Virus record (IMG/VR): IMGVR_UViG_3300044820_000156
Coordinates: 1-32,388 of that record
Length of the DNA: 32,388 nt
Source: a virus
Taxonomy: Duplodnaviria > Caudoviricetes
Strand: one strand, 5' to 3'
Shown: piece by piece, positions 17,312 to 25,129 of the stretch
Numbering within the stretch: position 1 is the first letter of the stretch
Layout: the number at the start of each line of letters is the position of its first letter
Notes under the pieces: model-generated
Seen by the model: the letters and a program-made list of their open reading frames with translations, nothing else
What the model was told of the DNA's origin: nothing
Databases searched by the model: none
Translations under genes and position numbers: made by a program

Positions 17312-17901
17312 GCGAGTTGCCCTTCCTTTCGGATCGCCTCGGTGCATCGATGTCGAAGGTGCGCAACCGCCGAGCGCGTGTTCTCGACCTTCCCCTCAAG
17401 CACGTCGATGGCGTCGAGAGCGATCTGTCGCCACTCGCCGTGTGCTTTGTACGAGTAGTCGCTGCGCAATCCAAACTCTTTGAGCGCTGCTCCGACTGAT
17501 GGCTTTGCGCTCTCGCAGAACCGGGTGAACTCGGCTTTGGGAATCTTGGCGAGCTTCTCGGCGTCGCGCGCTCGTCGAGGCGGAATGCCCGCTTCTGTGA
17601 GTCGTTCGTTCTTTGACTTCACTGTGGCAACGTGCCGACCGTCGAGCTTTGGAAGCTTGGCGCTGATCTGTCCGATCCGCCGCTCCGCTTGCAGCGAGAT
17701 GACCTTCGCGTCGCGTGCGAGCTTCTCTCCACCCGCGCGCATGCGCACCCATCGCGAGAACGCTTCCGCCTGTGACTGCACCTCCTGAATCACCATGAGG
17801 TTCCGCGTTTCGGAGAGCTTCGTCGCCAAGCTCGACAACGTGTTGAGCGATTCGATCGCGGGTGCGTCGTGCACGACGAGCATGCCAGGCCGCGCGATCA
17901 C
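17308..17901 (-). CDS. Helical DNA-binding-like protein resembling the N-terminal module of phage methyltransferases
   Basis: EV...AEA...W.R.........A..I.L.AERRIG......PK...L.E.GI....A...EKLA.IP..EF pattern. No catalytic domain follows. Confidence 0.5.
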   Translation of the reverse strand: MIARPGMLVVHDAPAIESLNTLSSLATKLSETRNLMVIQEVQSQAEAFSRWVRMRAGGEKLARDAKVISLQAERRIGQISAKLPKLDGRHVATVKSKNERLTEAGIPPRRARDAEKLAKIPKAEFTRFCESAKPSVGAALKEFGLRSDYSYKAHGEWRQIALDAIDVLEGKVENTRSAVAHLRHRCTEAIRKEGQLA

Positions 17902-19256
17902 GAGTCGCCTCCGTCTTCGAACTCGCCATCAGTGAGGTTGTCGAACCGAATGCACGACGCGTCGAACCTGCACTTCACGACGCCCGTCGGACCGTTGCGC
18001 TGCTTGCCGATGAGCAGTTCCGCGATGCCAGGCTCGTCGCTTTTGTCCTTGGTGTAGTAGTCGTCGCGATAGATGAAAATGATGTTGTCCGCGTCTTGCT
18101 CGATTGCGCCGCTCTCGCGCAGGTCGGCGAGCATCGGGCGCTTGTTGGTGCGCGTCTCAACGGCGCGGTTCAACTGCGAGAGCGCAATCACGGGACACGA
18201 GAGTTCCTTCGCCAGGCTCTTGAGCGCACGGGAGATCGCCGAGACCTCCTGCTCGCGATTGTCGCCGGGTCCGCTCGCGAGTTGGATGTAGTCGACCACG
18301 ACGAGGCGGAGCTGCTTGCCGATCTTCACGAGCTCACGCTGCACACGTCGCGCCTTCGCTCGCATCATCTGCACGGTCTGTCCGGCCTCGTCGTCGAGCC
18401 AAAAGGGCAGTCCACCAACGGTCGTCACCGACCCTAGAAACGATTCGAACGACTTTGGACCGAGGTTACCGCCGCGCACCGCGGACATCGCCACGCGTGC
18501 CTCCGACGCTGCGACGCGCATCGCGATCGACTTGCGCGGCATCTCGAGCGAGAACAGCAGGCCTCCGCCGCCATTGTGGGCGACGGTCACGAGTGCGGTG
18601 CAAGCGAGCGCGGTCTTTCCCATTCCGGGGCGTGCCGCGAGGATGGTGAGATCGCCGTCGTGAAGTCCGGTGAGTACGCGATCGAGCCGGTCAATGCCCG
18701 TGCGTTCGCCAGTGATTCCACCGGTTGTCTTGCTCGCTCGCAGTGCCTCTTCGAACGCGTCCTTGAGAGCGCCCTTCACGTGCTGCAACGTGTCGCGGTT
18801 CTGGCCGTCTGCGAGGTTTGCCATCGCTGCGGCATGCTCGTCGATGAGCTCGAGGCCCGCGCCGCAGTACGCCTCCGCGATCGCGCGTTGGGTCTGCGCG
18901 ATGAACTCTCGCATGCGTGCGTGGCGCTTCACCGTCTTCGCGTAGACCGGAGCTCGCGTTGGTGCGGGTGCGGCGTCGAGGATCTCCGCGAGGTAGCTCA
19001 TGCCGCCGACCTGCGCGAGGCGTTCGGAGATCTTCAACGAACCCCCAACCGTCACCATGTCGCACGGGTCGTTTTTCTCGTGCAGCGCAACGACGGCCTC
19101 GAAGATTCGTCGGTGCGACTCCGAGAAAAAGTCCTGAGGGCGCAAGATGCCGATGACCTCGTCGACGACGTCGCGGCCGTTCGAGAGCATGACTGCGGAC
19201 AGCACCGCAGCCTCGGCGTCGAGATCCATCGGCGGAACTTTGTGGTCGATGTTCAC
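17898..19256 (-). CDS. dnaB: Replicative DNA helicase
   Basis: VPP.DLDAEAAVL, ILAARPGMGKT, FSLEM, VVVDYIQL, NREQEVSAISRALK.LAKEL, LSQLNR, DLRESGAIEQDAD, KQRNGPTG. Confidence 0.97.
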   Translation of the reverse strand: MNIDHKVPPMDLDAEAAVLSAVMLSNGRDVVDEVIGILRPQDFFSESHRRIFEAVVALHEKNDPCDMVTVGGSLKISERLAQVGGMSYLAEILDAAPAPTRAPVYAKTVKRHARMREFIAQTQRAIAEAYCGAGLELIDEHAAAMANLADGQNRDTLQHVKGALKDAFEEALRASKTTGGITGERTGIDRLDRVLTGLHDGDLTILAARPGMGKTALACTALVTVAHNGGGGLLFSLEMPRKSIAMRVAASEARVAMSAVRGGNLGPKSFESFLGSVTTVGGLPFWLDDEAGQTVQMMRAKARRVQRELVKIGKQLRLVVVDYIQLASGPGDNREQEVSAISRALKSLAKELSCPVIALSQLNRAVETRTNKRPMLADLRESGAIEQDADNIIFIYRDDYYTKDKSDEPGIAELLIGKQRNGPTGVVKCRFDASCIRFDNLTDGEFEDGGDS

Positions 19257-20029
19257 GCGGTCCTCTTCGGCGCTTTGAGGGGCTGATAGTTCGGTTGTGG
19301 CTCGGCTTTCGGCGGACTGCCGCTCGCTCGGCCGCGCTCACGGGCTTGGATCTTCTTCGCGTCGACGAGCCACTTCTTCCAAGCCTCGAACCAATCGACG
19401 GCCATGTGTCCGTGTGCGAGGTGATGGGCTTTGAACTTGGCGAATTCGTCGGGTATTTCCGTGATCGGGATCATCTCTGCGTACGCTGACCACTCAGGGT
19501 CCAACACGAGGCGGGGGTCGAGGAAGTCCGGTGCCCGCCCCTCGCGCGCGCGAAGAGCTCCCGAAGGGAGATCTCTCTTATCTTCTCTTCTCTGATCTAG
19601 CCGCGTGACATCTTCCGGCGTTACGCGTGACTCGCCGGGACCGTTACGCGTAACGGTCTCGTGACTTACATCGACGTTCGGTTTCTGACGTGCGCGGTGT
19701 TCGCGCATGCGGCGAGCGGCGGTTTCGTCCACCGAGTTCCACTTGTCCCACGCTGTCACGACGAGACGTCGAGCCCCAGGCTCACCCTCGAAGCACACCA
19801 TGGAGAACGCTTCGCTCGCGAGGTCCTGCAGCGCAGTCGCGACCTCTTTGCGATTGCCACCAAGGATGTCGTGCACCGCGTCGACGTCCTCGAGGCCTCG
19901 CGCGAGCTCGATCACTCCACGACCGGGACGCGCCTCGTGCGCGAGCTCGAGGTAGACAAACCTCGACGCTCGCGAGAGACCGCGCTTGCTGCCCTTGCGC
20001 AGCTCGCCGTGGAACTTGATCCAACTCAC
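19253..20029 (-). CDS. Phage replication initiator (lambda O-like architecture)
   Basis: GTG 20029 overlaps the upstream stop. MSWIKFH N-terminus, A.RMREHRAR linker, C-terminal EFAKFKAHH....DW..AWKKW domain. Directly upstream of dnaB. Confidence 0.75.
   Translation of the reverse strand: MSWIKFHGELRKGSKRGLSRASRFVYLELAHEARPGRGVIELARGLEDVDAVHDILGGNRKEVATALQDLASEAFSMVCFEGEPGARRLVVTAWDKWNSVDETAARRMREHRARQKPNVDVSHETVTRNGPGESRVTPEDVTRLDQRREDKRDLPSGALRAREGRAPDFLDPRLVLDPEWSAYAEMIPITEIPDEFAKFKAHHLAHGHMAVDWFEAWKKWLVDAKKIQARERGRASGSPPKAEPQPNYQPLKAPKRTA
19568..19670. other. Candidate replication origin inside the initiator gene
   Basis: Perfect 20-bp palindrome GACCGTTACGCGTAACGGTC (19639-19658). Related CGCGTGAC / CGTTACGCGTGAC / CGTGAC copies at 19602, 19619 and 19660. 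Adjacent strand-asymmetric AT-richer tract ATCTCTCTTATCTTCTCTTCTCTGATCTAG (19571-19600). Confidence 0.6.
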
Positions 20030-20226
20030 GCCGCAGGACCTGTGACGACATCGAGGACTGCCAAGTCGAAGTTGCCCGCGGTGGCCTCCCAGCGACCATC
20101 TACGAGCAGTTGGAACCACTCGCAGTGAACGTGGCTCTCGTCCTCCTTGGCCTCGACTGCGATCGTCATCAGCGGCCCGCCAGACTTCAGCCGCACGACC
20201 ATCCCAGGCTTGAACTCGTTGCTCAT
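20026..20226 (-). CDS. YodC/DUF2158 family small protein
   Basis: FKPGMVVRLKSGGPLMTI.....V.CEWF signature. Confidence 0.85.
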   Translation of the reverse strand: MSNEFKPGMVVRLKSGGPLMTIAVEAKEDESHVHCEWFQLLVDGRWEATAGNFDLAVLDVVTGPAA

Positions 20227-20609
20227 GGCTTCACGTACTCCTCGTCGGTGGGTGCACTGCCTTCGGTTGCCGCCGCGTCGCGCTCAGCACGCGCCTTCGC
20301 AGCAGCGGCTTCCTTCGCCTTCTCGGCATCGCGAGCGGCGCGCATCTTGTCCCAACGCTTGTTGAGCCGCTTGCGCTTGCGATCAATCCGCCAACGCCGC
20401 TGCTCGACCTCGAGCGGCGCCATGTTGTAGCCAGGTCCGCCACCCTTGACTGGTTGCGGATCCGTCTCACCACTCGCACGACGATCGGCAGCAGCAAGTG
20501 CGTGATGGATCTGCTCACGAACGAGGGGGGTGCCCTCGCTCACGATGAACCGTGCCCGCGATCGCTCAGCCTGCTTTTGTTGCTTGCGAGTCGTCTTCGT
20601 GTACGCCAT
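20223..20609 (-). CDS. Basic hypothetical protein
   Basis: 128 aa with GAGGAGG RBS and ATGA coupling. Confidence 0.6.
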   Translation of the reverse strand: MAYTKTTRKQQKQAERSRARFIVSEGTPLVREQIHHALAAADRRASGETDPQPVKGGGPGYNMAPLEVEQRRWRIDRKRKRLNKRWDKMRAARDAEKAKEAAAAKARAERDAAATEGSAPTDEEYVKP

Positions 20610-20619
20610 CGGCGCCTCC

Positions 20620-21954
20620 TCAGGTCTGAATCGAGGGTGACCACTCTTCGCCGCGCAGGCCGAAGGTGGACGCCACTGCGTTCTTGCAGGTGAGCTTCTG
20701 GGGCATCCCGAAATTGTCTTCGTGGATGGGTCTCAACTGCGGATGGCAGACAAGCCCGTAGTCCTTGCGCGTGCCGTCGGGCTCGAGCGTTGAGTTCTTC
20801 ACGAGACACACGAGCAGGTCGGGAACACCCTCGCCGACGTGCCGACGAACGAGCTTGCGCGGCAGACCGAGCTCGTCGATATCGGAGTCGATCACCTCAG
20901 CATCGGCGACGTAGCGATCGATTCCCATGAGCGCCACCATCGCGCGGCGCACCTCAGCGTTCCTCTCTGCAGCGATGCGCTCGACAGTGATGTTCTCGGG
21001 CGACTCGATGACGTCCTTCGGAAGTCGCACGCCGTGCCAGAGGTGCAGACCCCAACCATCGGGCCACTCGATTGCGTGACCAGACGACGAATGGAGACGA
21101 CCTTGCTCATCTCGATTGATGGTGCGAGGTCGCTCGCAGACGATGCAAAAGTCCTTGAATGGCCACCACCAACCAGCGGACTCACACACGTCGGAGAGGG
21201 CCGCGAGCTTGTCCTTGGTTTGCTCTTCGAGATCGAGTCCACCGATCTCCGTCATGAAGGTGCAGAACGCAGGAAGCGCAGCCCAAAGCGATCCGCCTCG
21301 GTAGTAGAACCAAGATCTCCCCAGTTGAGATCGGACCGCCGAATAGACCGCCGAATAGACCGCCAAATCGACCGCCGAATCGACCGCCGAATAGACCGCC
21401 GAATCGACCGCCGAATCGACCGCCGAATAGACCGCCGAATAGACCGCCGAATCGACCGCCGAATCGACCGCCGAATCGACCGCCGAATCGACCGCCAAAT
21501 CGACCGCCAAATCGACCGCCGAATCGACCGCCGAATCGACCGCCGAATAGACCGCCGAATCGACCGCCGAATAGACCGCCGAATAGACCGCCGAATCGAC
21601 CGCCGAATAGACCGCCGAATCGACCGCCGATCGGACCGCCGAATCGACCGCCGCTTTCCTAACGGCTTCCGGATCTGCACCTTTTCCCGTGCGAAGTTGC
21701 TCGATCACGAACGCAGCAAGCGGTGCCGCGAACGCTCCGACGATCGGCGAGTTCACCCAGATGATCTTCTTCGGTTCCTCGAGTCGAGTCGCTCGGTAGC
21801 AGGCCCGGATGCCGCGCTCCGCGCGCGCACGGTCGGCAGGCTCGGTGGACAGCCCGATCTTGATCCACTTGTCGCGCCAAGTCGTGAGTTGCGCCTTCTG
21901 CTCTGGCGTGAGCTTCTCGAGGCGCTTCACCTTGCCCTCAGTCAGCGACTGCAC
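20620..21954 (-). CDS. DUF6745-domain protein with an internal AV[D/Y/R][S/L] tetrapeptide repeat
   Basis: LT.EQ......RDKW..IGLSTEPADR..AE N-terminus. C-terminal GWWWP....CIVCERP......GRLH...G.AI.WPDGW.L..WHGV....I..E.NAEVRR motifs. Confidence 0.8.
   Translation of the reverse strand: MQSLTEGKVKRLEKLTPEQKAQLTTWRDKWIKIGLSTEPADRARAERGIRACYRATRLEEPKKIIWVNSPIVGAFAAPLAAFVIEQLRTGKGADPEAVRKAAVDSAVRSAVDSAVYSAVDSAVYSAVYSAVDSAVYSAVDSAVDSAVDLAVDLAVDSAVDSAVDSAVDSAVYSAVYSAVDSAVDSAVYSAVDSAVDLAVYSAVYSAVRSQLGRSWFYYRGGSLWAALPAFCTFMTEIGGLDLEEQTKDKLAALSDVCESAGWWWPFKDFCIVCERPRTINRDEQGRLHSSSGHAIEWPDGWGLHLWHGVRLPKDVIESPENITVERIAAERNAEVRRAMVALMGIDRYVADAEVIDSDIDELGLPRKLVRRHVGEGVPDLLVCLVKNSTLEPDGTRKDYGLVCHPQLRPIHEDNFGMPQKLTCKNAVASTFGLRGEEWSPSIQT
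21328..21651 (-). repeat. Coding tandem repeat, 27 x 12 bp (GCGGTC[G/T]ATT[C/T]G)
   Basis: Read directly. Units encode AVDS, AVYS or AVDL, with AVRS at the second and last positions. Confidence 0.97.
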
Positions 21955-22258
21955 GAGACGCCTCCTGCTCCCACGCGTACTCGCGCTGGATGCGCACCAC
22001 GTAGTTCCCCGGCGCGAGCGGAATCGTCGCGTGCTCCTCGTGCGTCAGGAAGGCCTCGCCGGCGACGGTGAGATACCGATCGCCCGCTGTACCCTGCGAG
22101 AGCAGGCACACGCCTGGATCGCTGCACCGGTGTGCGTGTCCCGTGACCTTGCCGTAGGCCAAGATGACGTCTCCGCCATCACGCTCCACGGGCTTCGCTT
22201 CCGCTGGAATCTCGTCGGTGCTCATCACGAGCACGTCGCCCTGTCGAAGAATCATCAT
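21938..22258 (-). CDS. QGD-motif His-rich beta protein, usual partner of DUF6745 genes
   Basis: RQGDVL, VILAYGKVTGHAH and LTHEEH..I.L.PG.Y....QREY. Overlaps the DUF6745 start; AAGGAG RBS. Confidence 0.8.
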   Translation of the reverse strand: MMILRQGDVLVMSTDEIPAEAKPVERDGGDVILAYGKVTGHAHRCSDPGVCLLSQGTAGDRYLTVAGEAFLTHEEHATIPLAPGNYVVRIQREYAWEQEASRAVAD

Positions 22259-22286
22259 GGTCGGTCTCCTTGGTTGAAGCGGGAAG

Positions 22287-22493
22287 TCAGGCAGCGCTCT
22301 CGCGCAGCGACGGGATCACAACTCGAGTCATGGTCTCGTCGCGGACAACGACTCCTGCACCAGTGATGCGGTGGTGCTCTCGTGCACAGACGAAGGTGCA
22401 GAAGGCGAGAGGCTCAGGGTCGGGAGTGAAGTGGGGATGGGAGAGTGCGCAGCCGCAGCGCGCACACCGGTTCGTTTTGGTCGTGGTTGACAT
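22287..22493 (-). CDS. Small Zn-binding protein (CARC...FCTFVC)
   Basis: ATG 22493 with AGAAGGA RBS and a TRASH-like CxxC...FCxxxC pattern. Overlaps the tail of the methyltransferase ORF. Confidence 0.55.
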   Translation of the reverse strand: MSTTTKTNRCARCGCALSHPHFTPDPEPLAFCTFVCAREHHRITGAGVVVRDETMTRVVIPSLRESAA

Positions 22494-22966
22494 GGGTCCT
22501 TCTCTTTCGGCGTGCGCCAGTCCCACACCTCGAATCCGGGGCGCAGGCCATACACGCTCAGCATCAGGTCTCGATTGAAGGGTTGTGGCTCGCCCACAAA
22601 GGTGAGCCGCCCTCGAAGAGCAACGACGCGGGCGCGCAGGTGCACGTGACGCGCAAACCACGCAGAGCCCACCGACGCGAGCGACAGAACGGCGAGCAGC
22701 GAGCCGTCGAGACCACGCTCGAGTGCCTGCGACGCCTTCTCGAACCAGGGCTCGACACCAGCGAACTCGGGATTCAGCCAAAAAACGCCCGGATAGCTCG
22801 ACGCGATCGCGTTCCAGTCGCGCGTGAGGGAGTCTTCCTCTTTGCTCAGAAAGACGGGCGCCTGCGTGTTCTCCGCCGTCGCGGCAAGGTCGAACGTGAG
22901 CTTGCCATAGCGTCTCTCGACAGCCTCGATGAAGCTCGCCGGCGTTTGGTAGTCCTGCTTGCTCAC
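22328..22966 (-). CDS. Phage N6-adenine DNA methyltransferase (phage Dam family)
   Basis: QDYQTP, FDLAAT.EN, DSL...W, WLNPEF, W..KA and GRLTFVG motifs. Confidence 0.8.
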   Translation of the reverse strand: MSKQDYQTPASFIEAVERRYGKLTFDLAATAENTQAPVFLSKEEDSLTRDWNAIASSYPGVFWLNPEFAGVEPWFEKASQALERGLDGSLLAVLSLASVGSAWFARHVHLRARVVALRGRLTFVGEPQPFNRDLMLSVYGLRPGFEVWDWRTPKEKDPCQPRPKRTGVRAAAAHSPIPTSLPTLSLSPSAPSSVHESTTASLVQESLSATRP

Positions 22967-23118
22967 GGAACCTCCATCGCGCGGATCTTCTCAAGCTCCG
23001 CATGCAACCGTTCGGTGACCGCGATCGGACCCGACTGCGCGATGAGACGCTTGACCAGCGAGCAGTCCTCTTCGCTCAACGAGACGAGAGAGCGGCTGTG
23101 GGGAGCGTGAGCGCTCAT
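22963..23118 (-). CDS. Small hypothetical protein
   Basis: ATG 23118 with coupled overlaps at both ends; 51 aa. Confidence 0.45.
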   Translation of the reverse strand: MSAHAPHSRSLVSLSEEDCSLVKRLIAQSGPIAVTERLHAELEKIRAMEVP

Positions 23119-23267
23119 CGCCAGCACCGGACCTCGATGATTGCCCAACCGCAGATGCACACGAACGCGATGGCACCTGCGACCATCCCGATGGTGATGG
23201 AGCGCAAGGTGTCCAACTCGTCGAGCACGAGAATGGCGAGGCCCACTGCTGCAGTGAGGGCGATCAC
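23115..23267 (-). CDS. Small two-helix membrane protein
   Basis: GTG 23267 with GAGG RBS. Hydrophobic segments IALTAAVGLAILVL and ITIGMVAGAIAFVCICGWAII. Confidence 0.5.
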   Translation of the reverse strand: MIALTAAVGLAILVLDELDTLRSITIGMVAGAIAFVCICGWAIIEVRCWR

Positions 23268-23665
23268 TTGAGCACCTCTTCGATCTCCACGGCCAACGGG
23301 ATCGGCACCCCGAGCACGCACTCCATGTCGCGCAGAAAGCCTGCGACCTTGCGAAGCATCACCTCATAGCCAGCAAGGCGCGCAGCGTCGGCCTGTTGAA
23401 TCTCTTGCGCCGCTGGCGAAAGCGATTGGGCGAAGCAAAACGGACACTCGCCTCCAACGATGTGACGTTTGCATTTGGCGCACGGATGCACCGCGTGCAT
23501 CTGCAGCATTCCTTGCGAGGGGAGTGCCGCGCCTGGCATCGCAGGTTTCAACATGCAAACGATGCACGATTGACCCTCAGCGAGCATCGCACCGCACGTT
23601 GGACACGTTCGCGCGCCACCAGGCATTGGAGCGCCTCCGTATGCAAAGACGCCAGCGTTGCTCAC
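23264..23665 (-). CDS. Double zinc-ribbon protein
   Basis: CPTC...CIVC and CAKC...CPFC. Confidence 0.6.
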   Translation of the reverse strand: MSNAGVFAYGGAPMPGGARTCPTCGAMLAEGQSCIVCMLKPAMPGAALPSQGMLQMHAVHPCAKCKRHIVGGECPFCFAQSLSPAAQEIQQADAARLAGYEVMLRKVAGFLRDMECVLGVPIPLAVEIEEVLK

Positions 23666-24156
23666 GGCTGCACCGCCACTTCATCGGGCACCGGCACCGC
23701 GAGCTCGCGCGACACGTCCGCCTCGTAGAGATCGGCGACATGCGAACGTGCGCAATGTCCGGCGGCGTACTGCCAGAGTGGGTGATTCGGACAGCCATCG
23801 ATCGCGCGCATCAAGTCGCGCACGGCGAGGTTCGCTTGATCGGAGGGCGTTGCATTCGCTGGCAGTGCCGAGCAGAGACCCTGAAAAGCCCCGCACGCCT
23901 TTGCACCCTTCTCACGCGTGCAGAGCAACGAGCCTGGCTTCATCTTAGGGCAGTCACCTGCGAGCGAGGGTTTGTATCCGGACTCGTGTGCAGCGAGCAC
24001 GTCGAGATACGCCGCGAATAGGTACGGTGCACCAGTACTCATCGCTGCAGTGACAATCACGTCCACCGCCTTCGACGGCCGCGGGATGGGATACCCGTGA
24101 CCGTCGAGGATGAGAGCTTGCGCGAGCAACCACGCCTTGAGCGTCGCCGGAGTCAC
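23662..24156 (-). CDS. Lytic transglycosylase (SLT)-like protein with N-terminal hydrophobic segment
   Basis: LDVLAAHESGY (catalytic Glu-Ser motif), ACGAFQ (G-x-x-Q motif) and L.QYAAG (A-Y-x-x-G-like motif); six Cys. Confidence 0.6.
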   Translation of the reverse strand: MTPATLKAWLLAQALILDGHGYPIPRPSKAVDVIVTAAMSTGAPYLFAAYLDVLAAHESGYKPSLAGDCPKMKPGSLLCTREKGAKACGAFQGLCSALPANATPSDQANLAVRDLMRAIDGCPNHPLWQYAAGHCARSHVADLYEADVSRELAVPVPDEVAVQP

Positions 24157-24205
24157 GACTGCCTCACTGGTCGTGCGTTGCTCGCAAATGTGTCACTCGA
24201 CACAC

Positions 24206-24236
24206 AAAAAAAGGAGACCGTAAGCATCACGACTCC
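24206..24236 (-). terminator. Putative intrinsic terminator after the DUF2303 gene
   Basis: Minus strand reads GGAGTCGTGA-TGC-TTACGGTCTCC followed by T7. The hairpin has two G-U pairs and one bulge, and overlaps the stop codon. Confidence 0.55.
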
Positions 24237-25126
24237 GGTGCGCCGAAGAAGATCGGGAGTTCGGTCTTCGCGCGCACGGAATCGATCGCCTCGTTGAAGG
24301 CGTCCTCGAAGATGACATCCGTGCGTTGAAGCTCAACGCTCCACGAGACCGATCCGTTGAAGACGCGGTAACGCAAGCGAACCGGCACTTTGTACGCAGC
24401 ACCGCTGCGAAACACCGCGAGCTTGAGCAACAGCGCTCCAGGCACTTTGATGGGCGCGCCCGACGTGTCCGAGTGGTCTTCCGAGAAGGAGACCTCACCC
24501 TCGCCACTGGTGAGCGAAACCCTGTTCACGACCTTGCGACCGACGTTGATCGCGAGCCCGCGAGACAGCGTCATCAGCCGCGCTGGCGAGGCGTACTCGC
24601 AGCCGATCTGCTCGGCGAATGCGAGCGCGCTGGGAGATCCCACCGCTTCCTCTGGCGCCAACACATCGGCGATGCGCGCTTCGACGAACTCGGCGAAGGC
24701 CTCCTGCAGCAGGAACTTGCCCGAGACCGCCATCCACGCAAGCCACGCCGGCGAGAGCGGGAACGCGTAGACACCGCGATGCTCACCCCAACGCGGATTC
24801 TCGGCGTCGTGGTAGTCGAGGACACTCGTGAGCGTGGGCGCGGTCTGATCAGCATGCGCGAACACCGCCGACCCAGCGTCCTTGAAGCGGTTCGTGTGAT
24901 CGATGAACGCAGCGAGCGTCTCGAGCTTTGCCGTGCCGCGACGACGACGCGGGAAGGGAAGCGCCTTGTCGATGTACGGGCGCATGTCCTGGCCCTCCAA
25001 GCCTTCGGGCAGGACAAGGATGGTGGCCTTCGTGCCGTCGGCCTCGTGCGTGATGAGCCTTGGTTCGAAGTTCTGTTGAGCCGCCTGATAGAGGCTCTCC
25101 GTCTCTGAAGTCTGCTTGGGATCCAT
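24227..25126 (-). CDS. DUF2303/YfdQ family protein
   Basis: P.RRRGTA.L.T..AFI...NR, L..VLDYH, W.EHR..Y.FPLS.AW.AW, Q.AFAEFVE and RLRYR. Confidence 0.85.
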   Translation of the reverse strand: MDPKQTSETESLYQAAQQNFEPRLITHEADGTKATILVLPEGLEGQDMRPYIDKALPFPRRRRGTAKLETLAAFIDHTNRFKDAGSAVFAHADQTAPTLTSVLDYHDAENPRWGEHRGVYAFPLSPAWLAWMAVSGKFLLQEAFAEFVEARIADVLAPEEAVGSPSALAFAEQIGCEYASPARLMTLSRGLAINVGRKVVNRVSLTSGEGEVSFSEDHSDTSGAPIKVPGALLLKLAVFRSGAAYKVPVRLRYRVFNGSVSWSVELQRTDVIFEDAFNEAIDSVRAKTELPIFFGAPES

Positions 25127-25129
25127 AGG

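Noticed and set aside
21328-21651. CRISPR array
   Set aside because: The units are contiguous 12-mers with no unique spacers, in frame within a gene, and there is no cas operon.
20839-22071. Plus-strand ORF with IDRR repeats and minus-strand SIRR ORF
   Set aside because: These are shadow frames of the stop-free 12-bp array. The DUF6745 frame has conserved motifs and operon coupling.
406-25108. Many long plus-strand ORFs (e.g. 2081-3517, 5105-6196, 10577-12031, 15655-16569)
   Set aside because: They are antisense shadows of well-supported minus-strand genes in high-GC DNA, with no motifs and no RBS coupling.
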